64,000 nt of DNA from Candidatus Kapaibacterium sp. (GTDB lineage: Bacteria; Bacteroidota; Ignavibacteria; Kapaibacteriales; UBA2268): NCBI GenBank assembly GCA_963664875.1, contig OY761611.1, positions 1,536,001 to 1,600,000 on the forward strand, read 5' to 3'. Position 1 is the first letter of the stretch; each line of letters opens with the position of its first letter. Positions 11,006-21,200 of the stretch are shown piece by piece. Made by a program: the position numbers and the translations under genes. The notes beneath the pieces were generated by a model. It worked only from the letters and a program-made list of their open reading frames with translations. It searched no databases and was not told where the DNA came from.

Positions 11006-11175
11006 CTTGTATATGCAATACTGCTCACCGGGTAAAACAGTTGCAACCTTGCAACCCTTCTCCCGAACTTTCGATTGATTTTCCCAAAATATACATTACT
11101 CTATCGTGTTATGAGCGCTATTCCCAATTTTGAATTATTATATTAAGTCTTGGTATATAAGGAGTTTTCAGTTTA

Positions 11176-12510
11176 ATGGAAAACACAACAAGCAAAAGAG
11201 CTCCAAAAATTATTGATGGTGGTGAGCTTAGGCAAAAAAAAATTGCTGAATTGACAAGTTTAGCAAAAGAGCTGGGCATCACTAACGTTTCTGAGCTCAG
11301 AAAGCAAGAGCTAATAGTCAAAATCCTTGAAGCACAAACAAAAGCTCCAAGAAGTAAAAACAAAGATGACAAAAAAGGCGAGAAAGAACAGCCTTTGGAA
11401 GGACTCGTAGCCAGTGGTGGCGTTTTAGAAGTTTTACCTGACGGATATGGCTTCCTAAGATCAGCTGACTACAACTACTTACCTTCTCCTGATGACATCT
11501 ACGTTTCTCCATCTCAAATCAAAAAATTTGTTCTTCGCACCGGCGATACTGTCAAAGGACTTGTCAGACCTCCTAAAGAAGGAGAAAGATTCTTTGCTTT
11601 ATTGAAAGTTGACACTGTCAATTTCCTTCCGCCGGACGAAATCCGAAACAGGACCATTTTCGACAACCTTACCCCTCTTTTCCCTGATGAAAGACTTCAC
11701 ATGGAAACTACTCCGAGCAACTACTCTATGCGTATCCTTGATATGCTTGCTCCTGTGGGTAAAGGTCAAAGGGGCCTAATCGTTTCTCCTCCAAAATCAG
11801 GTAAAACGATTTTGCTACAACAAATGGCAAACAGCATTGTAAAAAATCACCCTGAAACTAAGCTTATTGTTTTGCTTATTGACGAAAGACCGGAAGAGGT
11901 TACTGATATGCAACGCTCTGTCAATGCAGAAGTTGTCTCATCTACTTTCGATGAACCACCTGAAAGACACGTGCAGGTTACTGAAATAGTACTCCAAAAA
12001 GCTAAGCGTATGGTAGAAGCAAAACACGATGTTGTAATTCTACTTGACTCTATAACAAGACTTGCAAGAGCTTACAACACTGTAACTCCTCACTCAGGTA
12101 AAATTCTTTCCGGTGGTGTAGATGCTCACGCTTTGCACAAACCAAAAAGATTCTTTGGTGCTGCCAGAAACGTGGAAGAAGGCGGCTCGCTTACTATCAT
12201 TGCTACTGCTCTTGTTGACACAGGCAGCAGAATGGATGAGGTAATCTTTGAAGAATTTAAAGGTACTGGCAACCAAGAACTTGTACTTGACAGAAGACTT
12301 GCAGAAAGAAGAGTTTTCCCGGCTATAGATGTCAATAAGTCTTCTACAAGAAGAGAAGACCTAATCATGACTCAAGATGAAACAACAAGAATCTGGATTC
12401 TCAGAAAAGTGCTTAGCGAATTGCAGTCTATTGATGCAATGGCATTCCTATTGGATAAACTCAAAGGCACAAAATCAAATGCAGAATTTCTAAATTCTTT
12501 AAATAGCTAA
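11176..12510 (+). CDS. rho: Transcription termination factor Rho
   Basis: [66 protein letters not shown]. Confidence 0.99.
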   Translation: MENTTSKRAPKIIDGGELRQKKIAELTSLAKELGITNVSELRKQELIVKILEAQTKAPRSKNKDDKKGEKEQPLEGLVASGGVLEVLPDGYGFLRSADYNYLPSPDDIYVSPSQIKKFVLRTGDTVKGLVRPPKEGERFFALLKVDTVNFLPPDEIRNRTIFDNLTPLFPDERLHMETTPSNYSMRILDMLAPVGKGQRGLIVSPPKSGKTILLQQMANSIVKNHPETKLIVLLIDERPEEVTDMQRSVNAEVVSSTFDEPPERHVQVTEIVLQKAKRMVEAKHDVVILLDSITRLARAYNTVTPHSGKILSGGVDAHALHKPKRFFGAARNVEEGGSLTIIATALVDTGSRMDEVIFEEFKGTGNQELVLDRRLAERRVFPAIDVNKSSTRREDLIMTQDETTRIWILRKVLSELQSIDAMAFLLDKLKGTKSNAEFLNSLNS

Positions 12511-12582
12511 ACTTCGGTTGAAACTTTTGTATGCCCTTTTATGTATTAATAAGTAGATACATGATATTTTCGAGGCGTACAG

Positions 12583-12768
12583 ATGAAAAACAAAAATAAT
12601 AAGTTATCGATGGGCGTTTCGCTCGGATTTGCCGGAGGTGCTATTGCAGGAATTGTTATCGGTGAAATTACCGGTGATTTGGCTCTTTGGTTTGCAGTCT
12701 GCATAGGAGCAGGAATTGCTCTCGGTTCATCTGTAGGACTTTTACTTTCGGGCAATCTGAAAGATTAG
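12583..12768 (+). CDS. Small glycine-rich two-TM membrane protein
   Basis: RBS GAGG, two hydrophobic GxxxG-rich segments, followed by a terminator. Confidence 0.6.
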   Translation: MKNKNNKLSMGVSLGFAGGAIAGIVIGEITGDLALWFAVCIGAGIALGSSVGLLLSGNLKD

Positions 12769-12801
12769 CAAAATCTATAGAACATTATTGATTGATATTT
12801 T

Positions 12802-12840
12802 AAAACTCCATGTAATCCTAAAGGACTTATGGAGTTTTTT
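12802..12840. terminator. Bidirectional intrinsic terminator
   Basis: AAAACTCCAT...ATGGAGTTTT inverted repeat between convergent genes. Confidence 0.7.
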
Positions 12841-14111
12841 TATTTATATCTGATTGCCTGCAAAGGAGAAACTTTAATCGCGATTATTGCCGGAATTATG
12901 GTGGATAAAAATCCCAAAAGCATCGAAATTGCAAAAACAGCAGCGTAGTACTCAGGTATGATTTTAATAGGCATGGCGTTGAGGAAATATATTGCACCGT
13001 CCAATTTGATTATGGAATAATTGAGCTGTATGACCGAAAACAGGAAGGAAATGCCCAATCCTGTAATTGTTCCGATTAAGCTGACTTTTAGCCCCTGCAT
13101 GATAAATATCCCAAGTATATTTTTCCCTTTCATGCCTAAGGCTCTCAAAATTCCGATATTTTTTGTTTTTTCTACTACAGTTATCAATAGCATAGTTATT
13201 ATATTCAAAACTGCAACTATTGAAATAAGCCCAAGCACTAATGGTATTGGTTCTTTCTGCAAATCAATCCAAGCAAAAAGCGAACGGTGTATTTGTTGCA
13301 CAGACTGACAGTAAAATGGGTAGCCTAATTCATTTTCAAGGATTAGAGCTTTGATGGGAGCTTCCGACGCATTATGAAGAGTAACGTCGAATCCCGTGCA
13401 TTGCTCCTTCGTAAAGCCAATGAGAGACTGTAGCATTTCAAAAGGAACATAAATCATAGTTTTGTCGTACTGAGTCATGCCCGTTTGATATATACCTTTT
13501 ACTGTAAGTTTTCTTATTTTTGAATCAGGAATACCAGAGCTACCCTCTTTCAAAATGACATATAAAATCATTTTATCATCGATAGTAACTCCTAACATCT
13601 CAGCAAGGTCACTGCCGATTATTACTTCATTAGCAGAAAGATTGCTAAAGCGTGCCACACCTTGCGTAATAAATCCGCTAAATCCGGTAATATCCCTATC
13701 AAAATCAAATCCATTGACAACTACACCTTCTAAATTTTTGCCGGCTCGTACCAGGCCTTCTTTTTGCAAGGTAGGTTTAGCTTTATCGACAAAATCATAC
13801 TTTTCCATAATCATATTGGCATTTTCGTCTTTGCCTCCAAAAGGGATTTCGGAAAATGATTTGATATGAATATGTGAAGTAAATCGGTAAGCACTATCCC
13901 TCAGTTTCAAATCGAAGCCTTCGAGTATCGACAGCGACATTATAAGAGCAATGCTACCAATCATTACACTCAGTAAAGCAACCATGCGGGTAAAACTCAA
14001 AATGGCTCTGCGTTTTTGAGGTTGAGCAAATCTTGAGGATATAAATCTTATATAATTATTTGTTATCAATAAGTACCATTTAAGCATTTGGTTGGAAAAA
14101 TAAACTGACAT
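12840..14111 (-). CDS. Lipoprotein-releasing ABC transporter permease (LolC/E, FtsX family)
   Basis: MacB-like periplasmic domain, VVEKTKNIGILRALGM, C-terminal IIPA..A.KVSPLQAIRY. Exact start uncertain. Confidence 0.88.
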   Translation of the reverse strand: MSVYFSNQMLKWYLLITNNYIRFISSRFAQPQKRRAILSFTRMVALLSVMIGSIALIMSLSILEGFDLKLRDSAYRFTSHIHIKSFSEIPFGGKDENANMIMEKYDFVDKAKPTLQKEGLVRAGKNLEGVVVNGFDFDRDITGFSGFITQGVARFSNLSANEVIIGSDLAEMLGVTIDDKMILYVILKEGSSGIPDSKIRKLTVKGIYQTGMTQYDKTMIYVPFEMLQSLIGFTKEQCTGFDVTLHNASEAPIKALILENELGYPFYCQSVQQIHRSLFAWIDLQKEPIPLVLGLISIVAVLNIITMLLITVVEKTKNIGILRALGMKGKNILGIFIMQGLKVSLIGTITGLGISFLFSVIQLNYSIIKLDGAIYFLNAMPIKIIPEYYAAVFAISMLLGFLSTIIPAIIAIKVSPLQAIRYK

Positions 14112-14173
14112 TTAGGCTTGCAGATAATTTATTCTTACACTTAAATATCACTCTTGGCAATCTCAAAGATAAC

Positions 14174-14207
14174 AAAAAAAAGGGATATGAAAACTACTCC
14201 ATATCCC
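14174..14207 (-). terminator. Intrinsic terminator
   Basis: GGGATATG/CATATCCC stem with an adjacent A8 tract (U-tract on the minus strand). Confidence 0.7.
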
Positions 14208-14230
14208 AAATATAAAAAAACGCTTTTATG

Positions 14231-15349
14231 TTAGTCTTTTATTTCTTCGTAAGGAATTGTGAATGAGATTTTAGTCCATTGCCCCTCTTCACTTTGGATA
14301 TCGAAACTGCCACCGTGTACTTCCACAAGTTTTTTGGCTATAATCAGTCCGAGTCCAACTCCCTGCTGCTCGTAAATCTTTCTTTCAAACTGTCTATAGG
14401 CAGCTATATTTGATATTTCTTCATCTTTCATACCTCTTCCGTTGTCTATTACTTCAAATTTAAGATGGTCATCTGATATCGAGGCATTTAACGAAACCTT
14501 GGTGCCGGGCGATGAAAACTTAAAAGCATTGTCAAGTATTTCATCAAAGATTTTGTGGAAACTTTCAGAAGAGATTTTGCAATTAACCCCGGAAGCATCC
14601 GCATTGAAAACAAGATCTTCCTTACGGTTGTATCTGTCTGCGACTGTACCTGCCAAGTCATAAGCATTAGCTACGGCTTCGTGAAGTCTTTCGTTAAGAA
14701 GAGCTTTGCGTCTGGAAGGGTTATTGCTAATTACTCCAACTTTTACATAAATGAGGAAGTTTGCAGTAATTCTGTTTAGCCTTTCTGATGATTTGATAAT
14801 ATCATCGGTAAGCTCCATCATCTCTTCTTTGTCGATAATATCATTACCAACCTGAGTTTTTATAAATTTGGCTGTGTTTATCACCTGATTTAACACAGTT
14901 CTAAATTCATGCGGCAAAGAATAAGTGATACTCTCTTCGACTTTGGTAATCTCTTCGTCTATTTTATCTCTAATTTTATTGTGTTTTTTCCATTGAGCAT
15001 CTATGGCAGCAATAAGTTCGTCTCGAGTATATGGCTTAACCAGAAAATCGTCCGCTCCTTTTTCCATGCCTATACGCATATTTGGCTTTTCGGTGAAAGC
15101 CGTAAGAAAAATAAAGGGAGTTGTAACCGTTTCGGAGTCTTTTCTGATTTCATCTAAAACCCCGTAACCATCCAATCCGGGCATGGATATATCGCAGAGG
15201 ATAAGATCAGGTTTACATTCTTTTGCCCGCTCCAAACCTTCTATACCGTCGGAAGCAGTATATACATCGTAACCCTCGAAATTAAGCAAGGTCGATGTAC
15301 TTTCAAGAATAAAATCTGCATCGTCTATAACTAAAATTTTCTTTGCCAT
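14231..15349 (-). CDS. Hybrid response regulator / histidine kinase (REC-HisKA-HATPase)
   Basis: ILVIDD, LILCDISMPGLDG, KPY receiver motifs, then LPHEFRT H-box, NAFKFS, DNGRGM, GVGLGL. Confidence 0.9.
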   Translation of the reverse strand: MAKKILVIDDADFILESTSTLLNFEGYDVYTASDGIEGLERAKECKPDLILCDISMPGLDGYGVLDEIRKDSETVTTPFIFLTAFTEKPNMRIGMEKGADDFLVKPYTRDELIAAIDAQWKKHNKIRDKIDEEITKVEESITYSLPHEFRTVLNQVINTAKFIKTQVGNDIIDKEEMMELTDDIIKSSERLNRITANFLIYVKVGVISNNPSRRKALLNERLHEAVANAYDLAGTVADRYNRKEDLVFNADASGVNCKISSESFHKIFDEILDNAFKFSSPGTKVSLNASISDDHLKFEVIDNGRGMKDEEISNIAAYRQFERKIYEQQGVGLGLIIAKKLVEVHGGSFDIQSEEGQWTKISFTIPYEEIKD

Positions 15350-15651
15350 GTGGTGCTTCTTCTCAAAAATTGGATTATGCAATTTGTATTTGCATTTGTA
15401 ATATAAGACTTTTTTTCTACTATTGAAAATATCTGTCTGTTAAAAAGACTAATTGACTAAGGGATAAGTGTATCTTATCTGTAATTTAATAATAATATCA
15501 ATTTTTATTCCAAAAACTACTATTTCGGGTAATTATTGTATTGTCCACATTTTTTGCACATTATTAAATTATCGTTGTACATAAATATATATTGCTTTGA
15601 GTCTTTTTTTTTGCTTTTTTGCATTCCCAAAAAAAAGCTAAGGTAGAATTT

Positions 15652-17088
15652 ATGCAAATAGATACATATCGCAAATCTCAAATTCGCTCGAATATCAATC
15701 ACATTGAAGGCAGAGTGCCTCCCAATGCGGTGGAAGCAGAAAAAGCATTACTCGGCGGGCTGATGTTAGACCGCCAGGCTATTTCTAAAGCGATGGAGGT
15801 TGTCAGCGAAGATAGTTTTTATCACGAAAGACATAAAATCATTTATGCCACTATTGTCGATATGTTTGATAAAGCGATTACTGTCGATATCGTAACATTA
15901 TCAGACGAATTGAGGTCACGCAAAGAGCTTGATAAAATTGGTGGGCCGGCTTACCTCGCAGAGCTTAACAATACAGTCCCAACAGCTGCTAACGTCGAAT
16001 TTCATGCAAGGATTGTGCAAGAACGCTATTTAAAGCGTTTTTTGATTAAAACTCTTGGTGAGCTCGAAGCTCAGGCATATGATGAATCTATTGACGCTTT
16101 CGACTGTATCGATTTTGCAGAAGCAGCGATTTTCAAAATCGGTGAGAAGCGGGTAAATAATTCTTTTGCTTCAATGAAACAAATGGCTAAAGACGCATAC
16201 GATGTTATCTCCAAACTTCGTGAGAGAGACAAAAATTCTCTTCCGGGTGTTCCTTCAGGTATTGACCAATTAGACAGAATGCTTGGTGGATTCCAAAACT
16301 CTGATTTGATTATCCTCGCCGGCAGACCTTCTATGGGCAAGACTGCATTCGCTCTTTCTGTTGTTAGAAATATGACTGTTGATTACAAAAAGCCTGTTGC
16401 ATTTTTCTCTATTGAGATGGCAAATATTCAGCTTGTGATGCGTCTGCTTTCTTCGGAGTCAGGTATTGACCAGTCAAAAATAAGAAATGGCTACATAAAT
16501 GAAGAGCAAAACAAAAAAATCATAGCAGGACTTGGCAAATTAGCAGAAGCTCCTTTGTTCATAGATGACAGCCCTATGGTTACTATTACTGAACTAAAGG
16601 CAAAATGCAGAAGACTAAAAGTAGAACACAACATTTCCATGGTTGTGGTGGATTACCTTCAGCTCGTGCATGCTCCCAAATCAGAATCTCGCGAAAGAGA
16701 GATTTCAATTATTTCTTCTTCTTTGAAGCAGTTGGCGAAAGAATTGAACATCCCTGTGATGGCTCTTGCACAGCTCAATCGTTCTGTTGAGTCGCGTAAT
16801 GACAAAAAACCAATGCTTTCGGATCTTAGGGAATCAGGCTCAATAGAGCAGGATGCCGACGTGGTAATGTTTGTAAACAGACCTGAAAGATACGGACAAC
16901 TTACCTATGAAGACGGCACTCCAACTGAAAACACGGGAGAAATCATAATAGCTAAACACAGGAACGGCGAAGTTGGCACTGTTCGAACTGCATTCATCAA
17001 AGAATACGCTCGATTTGCTAATTTGGCTCTGGAATACGAAGAACGCTTTATACCTAATGATCAGGGCGCCGAAGACCCCGGATTCTAA
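15652..17088 (+). CDS. dnaB: Replicative DNA helicase
   Basis: PPNAVEAEKALLG, AGRPSMGKT, VVVDYLQL, LAQLNRSVE, SDLRESGSIEQDAD, AKHRNG. No intein. Confidence 0.98.
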   Translation: MQIDTYRKSQIRSNINHIEGRVPPNAVEAEKALLGGLMLDRQAISKAMEVVSEDSFYHERHKIIYATIVDMFDKAITVDIVTLSDELRSRKELDKIGGPAYLAELNNTVPTAANVEFHARIVQERYLKRFLIKTLGELEAQAYDESIDAFDCIDFAEAAIFKIGEKRVNNSFASMKQMAKDAYDVISKLRERDKNSLPGVPSGIDQLDRMLGGFQNSDLIILAGRPSMGKTAFALSVVRNMTVDYKKPVAFFSIEMANIQLVMRLLSSESGIDQSKIRNGYINEEQNKKIIAGLGKLAEAPLFIDDSPMVTITELKAKCRRLKVEHNISMVVVDYLQLVHAPKSESREREISIISSSLKQLAKELNIPVMALAQLNRSVESRNDKKPMLSDLRESGSIEQDADVVMFVNRPERYGQLTYEDGTPTENTGEIIIAKHRNGEVGTVRTAFIKEYARFANLALEYEERFIPNDQGAEDPGF

Positions 17089-17138
17089 GCTATATCTCTT
17101 GGGTTTGATAATATATTAACTAACATATTTGACTAATA

Positions 17139-18086
17139 ATGATAACGGACTCTATTATAAGCGACTATATAAACAGAATAAATAAAGTAGTTGACTTTAT
17201 CGAACTAAACCTGTCTGCAGAAATTAAACTTCAGGATTTGGCAGATGTTGCCTGTTTTTCGCAGTTCCATTTTCACAGAATATTTAATATGCTAATGGGG
17301 GAAACACCCAAAGACTTTTTGAGGCGAGTCAGAATAGAGCGTGCGGCTTATATGCTCAAAACATCTTCAGAAAGTATGGCTGAAATAGCATATAGGTGTG
17401 GATTCTCTTCGCAGGCGACTTTTTCGAGAGCATTCCGTGATTATTTCCAATGTTCTCCTACAAAATGGAAATACCAGCAAAAGGATATGCAAATATCGGG
17501 TGAGATTAGCAAGAATTGCAAAACAGAAAGCAAAACTGAGCAAAAATTCGAAAACTCTAAGTTGTATTTTGAAGCTGTAAATTTGTTTTTGTCAAAATAC
17601 AGAATAGGGAGAACAGAAATGGAAGTTACAATCAAAAATTTTGAAGCTATGCATGTAGCTTATGTTGCAAATCATGGCGGCTATGATGAGCAAAAAATTG
17701 GAATAGCCTGGGAAAAATTATGCTCATGGGCAGGTCCAAAAGGATTGCTTCATCAATCTACCACATATCTTGGCATCAGCTTCGATGACCCTAAAGTTAC
17801 TCCAAGAGACAAATGCAGGTACTATGCCTGCGTTACGGTTCCTGAAGCTACACAAGTAGCCGGCGAAGTAGGATTGTATCAGATTCATGGCGGCAGGTAC
17901 GCTGTGCAAAGAGTAGAGGTTTATGGACACGAAATTGAAAAGTGTTATGATGAGCTTGTTGGGGCGTGGCTGCCTGCAAATGGCTATGAGCCTGCGGATT
18001 ATCCGAGTATTGAGATTTATCATACGCCGGCTTCCGACCATCCGGAAGGCAAATTTGATATGAGTATCTGCGTTCCTGTCAAATAA
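17139..18086 (+). CDS. AraC-family regulator with C-terminal GyrI-like small-molecule-binding domain
   Basis: N-terminal AraC HTHs (FSQFHFHRIF, IAYRCGFSSQATFSRAF). C-terminal GyrI-like domain (DDPKVTPRDKCRYYAC, GGRYAV, WLPANGY, IEIY). Confidence 0.92.
   Translation: MITDSIISDYINRINKVVDFIELNLSAEIKLQDLADVACFSQFHFHRIFNMLMGETPKDFLRRVRIERAAYMLKTSSESMAEIAYRCGFSSQATFSRAFRDYFQCSPTKWKYQQKDMQISGEISKNCKTESKTEQKFENSKLYFEAVNLFLSKYRIGRTEMEVTIKNFEAMHVAYVANHGGYDEQKIGIAWEKLCSWAGPKGLLHQSTTYLGISFDDPKVTPRDKCRYYACVTVPEATQVAGEVGLYQIHGGRYAVQRVEVYGHEIEKCYDELVGAWLPANGYEPADYPSIEIYHTPASDHPEGKFDMSICVPVK
17508..17621 (+). promoter_or_regulatory. Putative intragenic AraC operator, promoter, RBS and internal start
   Basis: AGCAA-led half-sites at 17508 and 17529 (21-bp period), TATTTT(G) at 17565-17571, SD AGGGAGA at 17606-17612, in-frame ATG at 17619. 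Confidence 0.5.
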
Positions 18087-18160
18087 TTATTTACCCAAAT
18101 ATTATTTACCCAAATATTATTTACCCAAATATTATTTACCCAAATATTATTTACCCAAAA
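18086..18160. repeat. 15-bp tandem repeat x5 (ATTATTTACCCAAAT)
   Basis: Five consecutive copies; the last differs at one base. Confidence 0.97.
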
Positions 18161-18194
18161 AGAGCTGCCCTTACTTAGAAGCGCAGCTCTCTTT
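18158..18194. terminator. Bidirectional intrinsic terminator
   Basis: AGAGCTGC/GCAGCTCT stem flanked by A- and T-rich tracts, between convergent genes. Confidence 0.7.
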
Positions 18195-18225
18195 GAATGA
18201 TTAAATGCCTTTCGCGTCAAACAGA

Positions 18226-21200
18226 CTATTTGCTAATTACAAATGTTTTTGTAATAGTAGTTCCGTTTGCTTCCATAGTAATCATATACATACCTGATGT
18301 AAGATTGGAAGAGTTAGCATCTATTGTTAAATCTCTTGTACCTTCAAGCATACCTTCGAATAAAGTAGCTACTCTTCTGCCCGCTGCATCAGTTAGATAA
18401 ACAGCAACATTAGAAGCCATTCTGTTTTCGATTGTAACAGAAGCAACACTTTGTACTGGGTTTGGAGTAACATCGTTAATTCTCAAGCCTGCTATAGTGT
18501 TTTCTGTAACGCTTGATGTACCTGTTTTCTTAGTAATAGTAAGCTGTATGTTATCGCTTTTTACTTCGCCGCAGTCGTTCGCAACTTTGCAGGTATAAAT
18601 ACCGGCATCAGTTAATTCAGCAAGAGCTTTAACAAATTTAGCATCTGTTGCGCCTGCGATTTCAACTCCGTCTTTCATCCATTGATAAGTTTCAGCTGTT
18701 GCACTATTTGCACTTACTTCGAGAGTAATTGCAGATTCTTCTTCAACATCTACCATAGCATTAGAAACTAATACTACTTCAGGTGCAGTTTGTACTTCTA
18801 AAACAGCTTCGTCTGAAACTACTTCATAGCGAGTACCTAAGAATTCAGAATAGCATTCTACAGAATATTTACCTTCCATAGCAAGAGCCGAAGAAGCAAT
18901 ATTCAAAGTAGCAGTTTTTGTACCTTGATAGTCTGCATTGTCGTTAAGTTTGTTTCCGTTAAAGTACCATTGATATTCTACTGTCATATGAATATCAGAA
19001 GGATCTGCATCAACTGTAAACTGAGCAGGTGCACCCTGGCAAGCTACAACAGCTTCAGGTTGAGTAGCAATTTCGATTGTATGTTCATCAGTGATATAAG
19101 CAGTTTTTGAAGTTGCAGTACCGCACTGACCTGTAACTACACAATAATAACCTACAAAATCAGTAGCTTCAACGTTATTGATAGTCAACAATGAAGATTT
19201 TGCACCTTGTATTCTGCCATTATCTTCGAGTTTCTGATTGCCTTTGTACCATTGGAAATCATGTTGATAATAAGGAGGAACAAGACCTTTCATGTGAGCT
19301 TCAACAAGGAATGTTACGTTATCGCCGTCAATAGCTCTTACAGAAGTAGGTTGGCGAGTAATTTCAGTTTCTCTAAGTACATAAAGAATAGCTGTCTCAG
19401 TAGTGAAATCATTTACACCGTTGCAATCCTCAGCTTTAACAAGACAAGAGTATTCTGCTATATCGCTATAGTCAGTTTCGTCTATATACAATATTGCTGA
19501 TTTAGCAAATTCATTGTTTTTGATTTCTTTTCCATCTTTCAACCATTGGTATGAAATGATTTCGCCAACACCATTGCCTGCAACACTAAAGCTTACGCTT
19601 TCGTTACGGCATACAACCTGAGCTTCAGGGTTATGAGTGATTGCAAAAGCATCCGGCACAGAAATATCAATGTCATTTTCGCTATTAGTAAGCACTTGGC
19701 ATTCGTTATAGCCAATAGCTACACAGCGGTATCTTCCATTATCATCAAAAGAGATATTTTCTAAAACTAACTCAGGAGTAGCAGCAGTTGGGTTTTCTGA
19801 AGCATCAATATCTGCCCAGTTACCAACTACATTTTTCTGCCATTTATAACCAATCAAATCACCAAATTCGATAGAACCTGTGAATCTAAGAGTTTGTCCC
19901 TGGCATAAAGAATTTACATCGAATTCCGGAGTAGTTTTTACACCACTGATTTTGTCATAAACAACTACTTCGATTGGCTCTGAAGTCAATTCGACAGGGT
20001 GGTGAGTAGCGCAAAGTTCTTCACCGATTACTCTTACTCTATATTTACCTTCTGCATCTTTGTGTTCAACTTGGTTTAAGTCGATTGTGTAGTTGTTAGT
20101 AAATACTGCTTCGCCTTCACTTGTCAAATCTACATATTGCTCTGTTTCTTCGTCGTATTTTTGCCAAACATAGCTCAAAGCAAAGTCCGCTTCAACTCCG
20201 AAAGTTAAAACATCTTGATTTGCACAACCTGTGATAACATTTTGAGGGTTTTGAGTAATTATAACCGGATGTTTCACTTGAATTGCAACTTCCTGTGTTT
20301 GAATTTCTTCTGCACCCTGATATCTAAATGAAGCACGGTAAGTACCTTCGTGTTCGCCTTTGATAGGATCTACAGTAAGTTTCATTCCGTTTTTGGAAAC
20401 CAAGTAAGAATCATCATCTGTGTCAGTAATTACCTGACCATTGTGTTCCCATTGTGCAACCAAACCATTGGTAATTGTTCTTTCAATACCATCAGCAAAA
20501 GTACCTACCAAAGCATAAGTCATAGAAACTGATTGATCTTCGCAATAAACAGTTTCACCACCGATGATAGTAAGTTCGTCACCTAGTGAAACAGTAACAT
20601 CTACAACATCTGCACCAATGTATGTATCAGCACCTGCAGGACGAGTTTCGCCATCTATGTCAGTATCAATACCTGTAATTTTTGGAGCTCTTAAGGCTAA
20701 GTCATTGATAGAGTTTCTGTCTAAGTGAAGACCATCAACAAAGTAAACTTTATGATCAGTACCGTTTGCTTCCATTGAAGTTAAAGTCTGCCAATCAGTA
20801 AAATTATAGATTTTACTACCGTCTAAAAATGCAATAGCACCACCGGCTACTGAAGCATCTTCGATATCATAAGCATTGTGGTTAAGGGTTTTGGCTGTTA
20901 GCATATTATAGCCAGCGTAAAGAATATAAGCAGGAGCATCTCCGCCCAGCCCAAAAAAGCTGTTAGAGAAGATATTGCTTTGTACATCCCAACTGTCAGA
21001 ATCACTTCCTACCTGTACACAAGCTGAACGATCAGTTGCATATGATGAATTGAAATCATTGAAGGTTCCTTCCAATCGAATTGTATTATGATGCAAAATC
21101 ACATTGTCTGCACCATCATCAAACTGGACACCATATACATAAACCCATTTGTCTTGAGTTCCTGTTTCTTTATGTGCAGCCAAATTATTAATAGCATTGT

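Noticed and set aside
18086-18160. Possible CRISPR array
   Set aside because: 15-bp units are contiguous with no spacers, and there are no cas genes; it is a simple tandem repeat.
18020-18220. 66-aa ORF with VNNIW repeats
   Set aside because: It is the translation of the VNTR and terminator on the opposite strand.
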